Of a DNA stretch of 36,043 nucleotides, positions 28,397 through 36,043 are shown piece after piece (positions within the stretch are counted from its first letter, which is position 1; each line of letters opens with the position of its first letter). The position numbers were made by a program, and so were the translations under genes. Origin of the DNA: Acidobacteriota bacterium. Lineage in GTDB: Bacteria; Acidobacteriota; Thermoanaerobaculia; Multivoradales; JAHEKO01. Under the pieces are notes generated by a model, which was not told the DNA's origin, searched no databases, and was given only the letters and a program-made list of their open reading frames with translations. Where the stretch lies: positions 1 through 36,043 of the forward strand of contig SBFI01000149.1 of the NCBI GenBank assembly GCA_006227875.1, written 5' to 3'.

Positions 28397-28873
28397 ATGA
28401 GCTCGAAAAACCCCTTCAGCCATCTCGACGGTCTTGGTGAAGCCCACATGGTGGACGTGTCGGAGAAACCCGTCACCCGCCGGGTGGCGGAGGCCTCCTG
28501 CCGGGTGCAGCTCTCCGCCGAGACGCTGGTGAGGCTGTCGAACCTGCCCAAGGGGGATGCCTTTGCGGTGGCGCGGTTGGCCGGTATCCAGGCGGCCAAA
28601 CGGACCGGAGAGTGGATACCGTTGGCCCACCCTTTGACTCTCGATCAGGTCGAGGTCGACCTGGCACCGGTTGCCGACGGGGTAGAGGTCAAGAGCAGGG
28701 TCACCGTAACGGCCCGCACCGGCGCCGAGATGGAGGCCATGGTGGCTTGCAGTGCAACGGCGCTGGCTCTCTACGACATGGTCAAGTCGCTCGAGCGGGG
28801 AGTCGTGATCACCGATCTGCATCTGGACAGCAAGAGCGGTGGCCGCAGCGGCGACTACCGGCGTCCCGGATGA
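28397..28873 (+). CDS. moaC: Cyclic pyranopterin monophosphate synthase accessory protein MoaC
   Basis: 158 aa. It contains HMVDVSEKPVTRR, KGDAFAVARLAGIQAAKRTGEWIPLAHP and TGAEMEAMVA. Confidence 0.95.
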   Translation: MSSKNPFSHLDGLGEAHMVDVSEKPVTRRVAEASCRVQLSAETLVRLSNLPKGDAFAVARLAGIQAAKRTGEWIPLAHPLTLDQVEVDLAPVADGVEVKSRVTVTARTGAEMEAMVACSATALALYDMVKSLERGVVITDLHLDSKSGGRSGDYRRPG

Positions 28874-30051
28874 TTGCCACCGGCCTCGATCTTCTGCTGG
28901 AGGACCCTAAAAGTCTGCACGGTCGACGCTATGGTGTGCTCGCCCACAGCGCCGCCGTCAGCGCCGATCTACTCCCCATCCACCTGGCCCTGCTCGAAGC
29001 CGGAGCCGAGATCCCCCGCCTGCTGGTCAGTCCCGAGCACGGCTTCTATGGTGTCGAGCAGGACATGGTGGCCGCCGCCGCCGGTCGCGATCCGCTGACC
29101 GGGTTGCCGGTCGTCTCGCTCTACGGCGGCACGCCGGAGTCGCTGCGACCGAAGCCCGAGCTCTTTGCCGACCTCGATCTGTTGGTCATCGATCTGCAGG
29201 ACGTGGGTGCTCGTTACTACACCTACGCCGCCACCGCGATGTGGACGGCGGAGGCGGCTCTGACCGCGGGCTGCGAGGTCTGGGTGCTGGATCGACCCAA
29301 CCCCCTGGGTGGGATCCGGATCGAGGGCAATCTGCCACGGCCCGGCTTCGACTCCTTTGTCGGTGCTTTCGAGCTGCCGGTGCGCCACGGGCTGACCCTC
29401 GGCGAGCTGGTTCTGCTCGAGGCCCGGCGCCGGGGCTGGGCGGAGACACCGCGCGTCTGGAAGATGGATGGCTGGGGGCGGGAGATGCTGTGGGCCGACA
29501 CCGGTCGGCCATGGATGGCCCCCTCACCGAACCTACCGACCGCCGAGGCGGCGCTGGTCTACCCGGGTGGCTGTCTCATCGAAGCCACCCAGCTGTCGGA
29601 AGGCCGGGGAACGACGCGACCCTTTCAGCTTATCGGTGCGCCGGAGATCGAATCGCAGGCCCTGGCCGGTGCGCTGGCGGGTGCCGAGCTGGCCGGTGTC
29701 CGCTTTGTGCCGACCTATTTCCGGCCCCAGTACCAGAAGCATGCCGGCAAGACATGTGGCGGGGTGTATGTCCAGGTGACCGATGCGGAAGAGTTCCGAC
29801 CCTATCGTGCAGGAATCGAGCTGCTGGCCGCCGCCCGGCGGCTGGCACCCGAGGCGGCCGCCTGGCGAACCGAGGCCTACGAGTTTGTCGCCGACCGCCC
29901 TGCCATCGACCTGCTGGTGGGTGACGATGCCCTGCGACTGCGGCTCGAAGCCGACGACCACCCGGGCGAATGGGTGACCGGCTGGAGGGCCGACGAAGAG
30001 GCCTTCCGGGCCGAGCGCCGGGGGATACTCATCTATCCGGAGGCGGACTGA
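28870..30051 (+). CDS. DUF1343 family protein (YbbC/NamZ-like exo-beta-N-acetylmuramidase family)
   Basis: ATG 28870 overlaps the moaC stop (ATGA). The sequence reads MIATGLDLLLEDPKSLHGRRYGVLAHSAAV...PEHGFYG...LVIDLQDVGARYYTY...VLDRPNPLGG. The longer 28612 start lies inside moaC and I rejected it. Confidence 0.85.
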   Translation: MIATGLDLLLEDPKSLHGRRYGVLAHSAAVSADLLPIHLALLEAGAEIPRLLVSPEHGFYGVEQDMVAAAAGRDPLTGLPVVSLYGGTPESLRPKPELFADLDLLVIDLQDVGARYYTYAATAMWTAEAALTAGCEVWVLDRPNPLGGIRIEGNLPRPGFDSFVGAFELPVRHGLTLGELVLLEARRRGWAETPRVWKMDGWGREMLWADTGRPWMAPSPNLPTAEAALVYPGGCLIEATQLSEGRGTTRPFQLIGAPEIESQALAGALAGAELAGVRFVPTYFRPQYQKHAGKTCGGVYVQVTDAEEFRPYRAGIELLAAARRLAPEAAAWRTEAYEFVADRPAIDLLVGDDALRLRLEADDHPGEWVTGWRADEEAFRAERRGILIYPEAD

Positions 30052-30053
30052 AA

Positions 30054-30470
30054 GTGAAGAGACCCCATCTGCTGAGAGTGAGTCGCGGGGTCGGGTCGTT
30101 CGAGACCTTGATCACGGCGGCAAAGTCCGAGGGTCTGCGCCTCGGGTGGTTGCTGCTCGAGGCCACCACTGCCCCCGAGCCGCTGGCGGAGGCGGCCGGG
30201 CTGGGGGTGCTGCGAGCGGTGGCGGTGGGGGAGGGGAGGACCGTTGCCGTCAAACCGGTCAGTGGCGAGCCGGTGCTCGACGATCTCCTGCGCGAGCACT
30301 TTCTGGGCTGCCGGCTGGTTCTGGTCGAGGGGGAGTTGGAGTTGCCGCGGCTCGAGCCCGATGGCGACGGCTGGGTCGTCACCCTCAGCGATGGGTCGAG
30401 GCGGCAGCTGACGACGGCTGAGCTCGTCGCCCGCCTGCGCAAACCAAGGCCGTTCAGAGTGGGAGAATGA
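30054..30470 (+). CDS. Hypothetical protein (138 aa); weak resemblance to MobB with a degenerate P-loop
   Basis: GTG 30054 has GGAGG 10 nt upstream. Upstream in-frame sequence overlaps the DUF1343 gene. The assignment is based only on my visual comparison with E. coli MobB (see findings). Confidence 0.5.
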   Translation: MKRPHLLRVSRGVGSFETLITAAKSEGLRLGWLLLEATTAPEPLAEAAGLGVLRAVAVGEGRTVAVKPVSGEPVLDDLLREHFLGCRLVLVEGELELPRLEPDGDGWVVTLSDGSRRQLTTAELVARLRKPRPFRVGE

Positions 30471-30474
30471 ATTC

Positions 30475-31554
30475 ATGAGCGAAGAAGAGATCCGCTTCTT
30501 CTTGCCCGGTCCCACTTATGTGACCGAGGACGTCAGGCGGGCGATGACCGGCCCTGTGATCGGTCACCGCTCGGCGGTCTTCAAGGAGCTCTACAACTCG
30601 CTTACACCCCGCCTCCAGCAGGTGACGCGGACCAAAGGCGACGTGATGCTCGCCACCTCGAGCGCCACCCTGGTGATGGAGAGCGCCATCCGGTCGACCG
30701 TTCGCACCGATGTTCTCAACCTGGTCTGTGGCGCCTTCTCCGAACGCTGGCATGCCATCAGCAAGCTGGTCGGTCGTCAGGCCGATCGGGTGTCGGTGCC
30801 CTGGGGCGAGGCGGTCGATCCCGAGCTGGTGCGGAGCGCGCTCCGTCGCAAGCGCTACGAGGCGGTAACCATGGCCCACAACGAAACTTCGACCGGGGTC
30901 ATCAACCCGCTGCGGGAGATCGCCGCGGTGGTGCACGAGGAGAGCGACGCCCTGGTGCTGGTGGACACCGTCTCCTCGTTGGCCGGGGCGCCGGTGGAAG
31001 TGGACGAGTGGGGATTGGATGTCGTTCTGGCCAGCTCACAAAAAGCGCTGGCGGTACCCCCCGGACTGACCGTCTTTACCCTCTCCGAGCGTGCGGCCGA
31101 GCATGCGGCCAAGGTGGACAACCGGGGTTTCTACACCGATCTGCTCCGCTATCGCGACAAACACCGCGCCGCGGGCACCATCACCACGCCGGCCGTGTCG
31201 ATCCTTTACGCCCTCGACCGGCAGCTCGAGCGCATCGCGGAGGAGGGGATGGAGGTGCGGTGGGAGCGGCATCGAGAGCTGCAACAGCTCACCGCCCGGT
31301 GGGCCGAGGCCAACGGGTTTGTCTACGCCTCGGCGGACGGCGCCCGTTCACCGACCGTCAGTTGTCTGCAGCCGCCCGCGGGAACCGCTTCCCCCGATCT
31401 GGTCCAGTCGCTGGCCAAGAAGGGCTTCACCATCGGCGGTGGGTACGGCGACTGGAAACCGACCACGCTGCGCATCGGACATATGGGTGAAGTGCGGGAG
31501 CGGGATCTGGAAGGTCTCTTCAGAGCCTTCGAAGAGGTCGTGTCGTCTAGTTGA
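30475..31554 (+). CDS. serC: Class V PLP aminotransferase, likely phosphoserine aminotransferase (AGAT/SerC-type)
   Basis: 359 aa. It contains FLPGPTYV, HNETSTGV, VDTVSSLAG, the PLP-Lys context ASSQKAL, and LRIGHMG. It lies immediately upstream of serA, overlapping or abutting it. Confidence 0.8.
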   Translation: MSEEEIRFFLPGPTYVTEDVRRAMTGPVIGHRSAVFKELYNSLTPRLQQVTRTKGDVMLATSSATLVMESAIRSTVRTDVLNLVCGAFSERWHAISKLVGRQADRVSVPWGEAVDPELVRSALRRKRYEAVTMAHNETSTGVINPLREIAAVVHEESDALVLVDTVSSLAGAPVEVDEWGLDVVLASSQKALAVPPGLTVFTLSERAAEHAAKVDNRGFYTDLLRYRDKHRAAGTITTPAVSILYALDRQLERIAEEGMEVRWERHRELQQLTARWAEANGFVYASADGARSPTVSCLQPPAGTASPDLVQSLAKKGFTIGGGYGDWKPTTLRIGHMGEVRERDLEGLFRAFEEVVSSS

Positions 31555-31565
31555 GCGCTTCTGAA

Positions 31566-33146
31566 ATGTATCGGATCCTCATCGCCGACCCCCTGCACCC
31601 GGCCGGTCTCGAGATTCTCGAGGAGGCGGGGGCGGAGCTGCACCTGCTCACCGATGAGGAGCGGCCCCGTTTGGCCGAGCTGATCGCCGACTTCGATGCC
31701 CTGGTGGTCCGCAGCATGACCACGGTCGATGCCACGTTACTCGAGGCGGGCAAGCGTCTCAAGGTCGTCGGCCGGGCCGGTGTCGGGGTCGACAACGTGG
31801 ATGTGGCGGCGGCCACCGAGCATGGGATCCTGGTAGTCAACGCACCCACCGCCAACCTCATGTCGGCGGTCGAGCACACCTTTGCGCTGCTTCTGGCACT
31901 GGCCAGAAATGTTCCCGCCGCCGAGCGCTCGCTGCGTGCCGGCGAGTGGAAGCGCAAGCAGTTCCAGGGGGTCGAGCTCGACGGCCGGACTCTCGGTGTC
32001 GTGGGGCTCGGACGGATCGGTCAGCAGGTAGCGGCCCGCGCGCGCGCCTTTGGCATGAAGGTCGTGGCTTTCGACCCGTTTCTGGATGCCGCGGTGGCCA
32101 AGCGCCTCGACATCGAGCTGATGGAGATCGAAGAGCTCCTGGCAGCGGCCGATGTCGTGACCCTCCACATCCCGCTCACCGAGCAGACGCGGAATCTGCT
32201 GGGTGCGGAGCGACTGGCCAAGATGAAGCCGGGTGCGCTGCTGATCAACTGCGCCCGCGGTGGGGTGGTGGACGAAGCGGCGCTCCTCGCAGCCCTCGAA
32301 GAGGAGCGGCTCGCGGGAGCCGCGCTGGACGTCTTTTCCCAGGAGCCGCCGACCGATTCACCGTTGGTGGATCATCCGCGGGTCGTGGTCACCCCCCACA
32401 TCGGCGCCCAGACCCGCGAGGCGCAGGAGCGGGTGGCCACCGAGACCGCTCACATGGTGCTGGCAGCGCTCGATGGGTCGCTGGCCGTCACCGCGGTCAA
32501 TCTTCCCTTTATCAGCACCGGAGTGCTGGGTGAGGGTCTGGTGGCCCTGGCCGAGCAGCTGGGCGAGCTGGCCAGCTCGCTGCTCGACGGCAGCCTGCAG
32601 GAGCTCAAAGTGGGCCTGTGGGGGATCGACGAGGAGATGGAGGTACCGCTCACCGTCGCCGTGGTCAAAGGCGCCCTGACCCCCTTTCTGGGCGAGACGG
32701 TCAACTTTGTCAACGCCGAGCACCTGGCCGAGGGCCGGGGGATCGAGGTGGCGCGCTCGAGCCACCGCCAACCGGGAGAGTACCCCCAGCTGATCGAAGT
32801 GCGGCTGACCGGTGAGGGCGGCACCACCGAGGTCGGCGGTACCCTGTTCGCCGCCACCGACCCCCGGGTGGTCCATTTCGACGGCTACCGGCTCGAGTTC
32901 CGGCTCAAGGGTCACCTGCTGGTGCTGCGCAACCGCGATGTCCCCGGTGTGGTGGGCAAGGTGGGAACGCTGCTGGGTGATGCCGGGATCAACATCGCCG
33001 AGATCCATCTCGCCCGGCAGGAAGGCGGCGAAGAGGCCATGGCGGTGCTGCGACTCGACGCGGAGTTGGCCCCCGAGGTGGTCGACCAGCTGACAGCCCT
33101 ACCGGAAATCAATCGCGTCCAGACCATAAGCCTCGCCCCGCGCTAG
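31566..33146 (+). CDS. serA: D-3-phosphoglycerate dehydrogenase (long form with ASB and ACT domains)
   Basis: It starts MYRILIADPL. The NAD motif is GLGRIGQQVA. NCARGGVVDE and TPHIGAQT are present. The C-terminal ACT region reads LLVLRNRDVPGVVGKVGTLLGDAGINIAEIHL. The ORF is also open from TTG 31551, which overlaps the upstream stop. Confidence 0.95.
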   Translation: MYRILIADPLHPAGLEILEEAGAELHLLTDEERPRLAELIADFDALVVRSMTTVDATLLEAGKRLKVVGRAGVGVDNVDVAAATEHGILVVNAPTANLMSAVEHTFALLLALARNVPAAERSLRAGEWKRKQFQGVELDGRTLGVVGLGRIGQQVAARARAFGMKVVAFDPFLDAAVAKRLDIELMEIEELLAAADVVTLHIPLTEQTRNLLGAERLAKMKPGALLINCARGGVVDEAALLAALEEERLAGAALDVFSQEPPTDSPLVDHPRVVVTPHIGAQTREAQERVATETAHMVLAALDGSLAVTAVNLPFISTGVLGEGLVALAEQLGELASSLLDGSLQELKVGLWGIDEEMEVPLTVAVVKGALTPFLGETVNFVNAEHLAEGRGIEVARSSHRQPGEYPQLIEVRLTGEGGTTEVGGTLFAATDPRVVHFDGYRLEFRLKGHLLVLRNRDVPGVVGKVGTLLGDAGINIAEIHLARQEGGEEAMAVLRLDAELAPEVVDQLTALPEINRVQTISLAPR

Positions 33147-33188
33147 GCGAAGGGGATGGGTCGCTTGTCTTGCCGGCCCAACGTCTGC

Positions 33189-33596
33189 TCAGGGTAGAAG
33201 CTCGAAGGAATCCCGGTGCGACGGTTGGATCTGCGAGAAGTGCCTGCGGTCGGTAGTGGCAATCACAGACAGCCTGAGTCGCTCGGCGATCGCGGCTACA
33301 GTTGCGTCGACAAAACCGATGTCGCCGTAGCGTGTGAGGAGATCCACTGTGCGTGAGAGGTCTGGTTGGGTGAGCTGTTCGATGTCGAGCTCGCCGGCGA
33401 CGATCGACTGCACAAAGCTCAGCTCGGCATCTCTTCCCAAGCGGGAGCGGAGCAGGTAGGTCACCTCCGGTATTACCGTCACCGGGACCAGGAGGTTCTC
33501 CTTCAAAGCGCCGAGACAATCGAGAACCGGGGCGTGCCAGGCGTCGTCGGCATCAGCGAGGGCGTAGAGCACACCGGTGTCCATGAGCAGAGGCAT
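33189..33596 (-). CDS. vapC: PIN-domain ribonuclease toxin VapC
   Basis: 135 aa. The conserved acidic PIN residues are in their expected contexts: LLMDTGVL (D6), VIPEVTYLL (E), FVDATV (D) and ATTDRRHF (D). Confidence 0.9.
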   Translation of the reverse strand: MPLLMDTGVLYALADADDAWHAPVLDCLGALKENLLVPVTVIPEVTYLLRSRLGRDAELSFVQSIVAGELDIEQLTQPDLSRTVDLLTRYGDIGFVDATVAAIAERLRLSVIATTDRRHFSQIQPSHRDSFELLP

Positions 33597-33894
33597 GTCT
33601 ACCGTGTCTTGCTCGGTGTCGTTGCCTCGATCTCGCTCGGTTTGTCCGCGGACTCGGGTTCGTCTTCACCGAGGTTCTGCCAGAGGTACTCCTCGTGCGC
33701 TCGGCAATGTCCGAGCGCCCACTGCGGCCGATACCGACAAAGCCCAAGTCGAGCTCGGCTCGCTGCTTTTCCTGCCTCACGAAACGCTCGAGAGCTGTGC
33801 GCACCACGGCGGCTTTGGAGCGTCCTTGCCTCTCCGCCAGCACCTGGAGGTCACGCTCGAGTGACTCGTCGATGAAGATCGTGGTTCGTTTCAT
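33553..33894 (-). CDS. vapB: Ribbon-helix-helix (CopG/VapB-type) antitoxin, apparently frameshifted; the conserved frame would end at 33599
   Basis: The N-terminus MKRTTIFIDESLERDLQVLAERQGRSKAAVVRTALERFV is a typical RHH. After ...GRSGRSDIAER the annotated frame becomes Arg/Ser/His-rich junk and overlaps vapC by 44 nt. The -1 frame reads HEEYLWQNLGEDEPESADKPSEIEATTPSKTR and stops (TAG 33601..33599) 2 nt before the vapC ATG. Confidence 0.8.
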   Translation of the reverse strand: MKRTTIFIDESLERDLQVLAERQGRSKAAVVRTALERFVRQEKQRAELDLGFVGIGRSGRSDIAERTRSTSGRTSVKTNPSPRTNRARSRQRHRARHGRHASAHGHRCALRPR

Positions 33895-33897
33895 GGG

Positions 33898-33920
33898 TAT
33901 ATGATAGCATACATCATATA
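33898..33920 (-). promoter_or_regulatory. Candidate vapBC promoter/operator palindrome
   Basis: TATATGAT-N7-ATCATATA is a perfect 8-bp inverted repeat. It sits in a strongly AT-rich patch 4-26 nt upstream of the vapB ATG (33894). RHH antitoxins classically autoregulate through palindromes overlapping their promoter. Confidence 0.45.
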
Positions 33921-33963
33921 TCTATCAAGATCGGTGGCCTCTGGGAGTCTCCTGTCGCCGGCT

Positions 33964-35265
33964 TCACCAGCTGTAGATGCCGGAGACAGAGAGCATGTCC
34001 TGCCGATCGGAGAGATCGATGCCGAGATCGACTTGGAAACGCTCGAAGGCCGCGCCAAAGCCGACGGCGTAGTGGAGCTGGGCCTCTCCCTCCCCTACCA
34101 GGGCCTGGATGATGACGTTGTCTCGATCACTCTGCACCTGATGATTGGGGTCTCTCCAGATTCCTGCTCGAACGGCGAGGAGCGGGCGGGACTCGAGAAA
34201 GGCGTATTCGCCACCGAGCCGGTACTCGTTGCCGTCGGCAATGAACTCGCCCTCCGAGACCTCGGCCAGGCTGTCGAAGATCGCCGAGTACTCGATGTGG
34301 TCCCACTCGAAGCTGAGTGTCAGCCGGCCACCGGTGGACCGGTAGGCGATGCCGGCACCATAGGCGTCAGGAGTGGCGATCGGAGTAGAGACCTCGACTT
34401 CGAAGCCGGCTGGAGTGTCCGGATCTTCGCTGGCTTGATTTCCTCTGGCCACGAGGTCGAGTCGAAACTCGGCTCCCTGGCGAAAGAACCCGCCCAAATG
34501 CCAGTTTGCGCCTAGGTGCCAGAGGAATCCGGCAGCAAAGCCGATGTCCGAGTCGTCGGCGACAAAACTGTTGCCGCCGACGAATCTCTCGGGCAGAAAA
34601 TGGTTGGTCCCGAAATAGCTCTCCAGGGACTCGTCGTCCCAGCGGTACTGTCGCTGGCTGCCTTGGATGAGACCGTCGAAGTAGGTGAGCCCAAAACCGA
34701 GGCTAAAGCTCTCGACCACCTGGAACGCTCCCGACAGACCGTAGGTGACGATCTCCAGATCGGTTTGGTCCTGTCTGTCGAACAGACGGAAGGTGTCGGC
34801 TGGGCCCGGTCCTTCGAGGAAGATGCCCTGGCTCTCGGAGGAGGTTTCGAAGTTGGCCAATATGTGACGATAGACCGCCACCGACCACTTCTTCTTTGGG
34901 TAGACAAAGGAGAGAAAAGACAGCCCGGTGAGATCCTTTTCGGAGCAGTTCCTGACGATACCGGCCTCGGTATCGAGGCCGATGCCGGTGGGCTCGCCGG
35001 TGAACCTGCCGCTGTGGGTGAAGGGAGTCGAATAGCTCCACCGGCGCACATCGATCGAGACCTCGGGCCGAGCGAGCTGCACAAGCCCGGCGGGGTTGGC
35101 AAAGGCCGCCGTGGCATCGTCGGCCAGGGCGACGAAGGCACCGCCAAGTCCCATGCTGCGCGCGCCGGGGTTCGAAAAGCTGAACTCGAAGGCGACTCCC
35201 GCCTGTCCGAGAGCCCCCACCGGCAGCAGGAAGAGAATGAGAACAAGAACTGCGTTTCTCGACAC
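33964..35265 (-). CDS. Outer-membrane beta-barrel protein, FadL/TodX (OMPP1)-like
   Basis: GTG start preceded by GGGGGGAGG. The signal peptide is MSRNAVLVLILFLLPVGALGQA. The N-terminal hatch-like motif NPGARSMGLGGAFVALADDATAAFANPAGL is typical of FadL-family or related barrels. An alternating beta-strand pattern is visible, and the C-terminus ends aromatic (...SGIYSW). Confidence 0.75.
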   Translation of the reverse strand: MSRNAVLVLILFLLPVGALGQAGVAFEFSFSNPGARSMGLGGAFVALADDATAAFANPAGLVQLARPEVSIDVRRWSYSTPFTHSGRFTGEPTGIGLDTEAGIVRNCSEKDLTGLSFLSFVYPKKKWSVAVYRHILANFETSSESQGIFLEGPGPADTFRLFDRQDQTDLEIVTYGLSGAFQVVESFSLGFGLTYFDGLIQGSQRQYRWDDESLESYFGTNHFLPERFVGGNSFVADDSDIGFAAGFLWHLGANWHLGGFFRQGAEFRLDLVARGNQASEDPDTPAGFEVEVSTPIATPDAYGAGIAYRSTGGRLTLSFEWDHIEYSAIFDSLAEVSEGEFIADGNEYRLGGEYAFLESRPLLAVRAGIWRDPNHQVQSDRDNVIIQALVGEGEAQLHYAVGFGAAFERFQVDLGIDLSDRQDMLSVSGIYSW

Positions 35266-35409
35266 GACCTCCCCCCGACAATGATCCTGTGGTGTTCGCC
35301 CCGAATCGGGCTGGCTCGATTGTCCCTCGCTTCACCCGCGACGGCCAATACCCCGGTGGACGGGGAGACCGACTACCCCGGCAGGTGGGCGGAACCAGCC
35401 GGGATCGCG

Positions 35410-36043
35410 CTAGTCCCCCAGCTCGGCTGGAGGAACAAACAACACCGGATCGGGGGGCTCGTTGCTCCCCGTCAAGGAGACCATCTCGTACCGCGTGCCG
35501 CCGTTGTCGTAGATCGCCCAGTCGGGGACCCGTAGATTCCCAAACTGTTTCATGGGGCCAAAGGTGTAGCGATACTCGTTGGTGGCCCAGACGATCGGCT
35601 CATGGCGCGCGTTCAGGATGATAAAGCCGCCGCGAGCGCCGTCCGGTCCGCGAAACTCGAGTTGGCGGCTGCCGGGGATGTCGCCATCGGCAAAGGTGAC
35701 CTCGTAGTACGGGTCGCCAAGAGCGATCCCCCTGGCGATTCGATAGATGCTGAACGGCGCCCGCTTCATCGCGGCCTCGAATCGCTCGTCGGGGGCGTAG
35801 GCGAACTCGCCGTTGACGATGTTCCAGTAGCGATGCTCGGGGCTGTAGGCGCGCAAACGGTGATAGACCTCGCTTCTCATCTCCACCCACGAGCGGGGTC
35901 CGGTGAGATCCAGGATCTCGTCTTCACGGTAGGTGTCGACGCGGTAGTAGGGCGACCAATCGTGTACAAAGTGCAGGCTCTGGAGCTCGGCCCAGATCGC
36001 CATGCCCCCCATGGTCTCCACCATCGCTTCGGCGGCGGCGATC
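35410..36043 (-). CDS. Hypothetical protein, partial (N-terminus beyond right window edge)
   Basis: The reading frame stays open to position 36043 (..IAAAEAMVETMGGMAIWAELQ..), so the listed 204-aa ORF is probably a C-terminal part. Codon bias is coding-like. I recognise no motifs. It is co-directional with, and 144 nt upstream of, the FadL-like gene. Confidence 0.6.
   Translation of the reverse strand, partial: IAAAEAMVETMGGMAIWAELQSLHFVHDWSPYYRVDTYREDEILDLTGPRSWVEMRSEVYHRLRAYSPEHRYWNIVNGEFAYAPDERFEAAMKRAPFSIYRIARGIALGDPYYEVTFADGDIPGSRQLEFRGPDGARGGFIILNARHEPIVWATNEYRYTFGPMKQFGNLRVPDWAIYDNGGTRYEMVSLTGSNEPPDPVLFVPPAELGD

Overview
This is a GC-rich bacterial chromosomal window. Third codon positions are mostly G/C, so the six-frame track is full of long antisense shadow ORFs. 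By eye it looks like an Acidobacteriota- or Myxococcota-type genome, but I cannot assign taxonomy without a database search.

The content is almost entirely tightly packed core housekeeping:
- Minus strand, left edge: a partial thiolase and a crotonase-family gene.
- A long co-directional plus-strand run: tRNA-Lys(CTT), tRNA-Leu(TAG), tig, clpP, clpX, lon, engB, rho, mqnA, an mqnC-like radical SAM gene (futalosine menaquinone pathway), a small membrane protein with a sodium:solute symporter, a DAG-kinase-family lipid kinase, and a GT-C-like membrane glycosyltransferase that is split by a frameshift.
- Minus strand: a lat plus ALDH7-type dehydrogenase lysine-catabolic pair and a GAF-GGDEF cyclase.
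- Plus strand: ksgA, ftsK, fmt and rsmB, then a minus-strand GT2 gene, then moaC, a DUF1343 gene, a small unknown ORF, and a class-V aminotransferase with serA.
- Right edge, minus strand: a vapBC toxin-antitoxin pair, a FadL-like outer-membrane barrel and a partial unknown gene.

I see no rRNA, CRISPR array, transposase, integrase, phage genes or recognisable defence island. I do not find a convincing novel multi-gene system.

The points most worth a second look are local:
- A vapBC module whose antitoxin is frameshifted.
- A 28-bp near-perfect inverted repeat spanning the start of the glycosyltransferase gene.
- A Rho N-terminal extension with four TAKNH repeats.
- Two genes (thiolase, ftsK) whose expected N-termini are reachable only from SD-preceded CTG codons.
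- A conserved-looking protein of unknown function (HVQTEDKG N-terminus).

Both frameshifts are single-base deletions, so assembly error must be excluded first.
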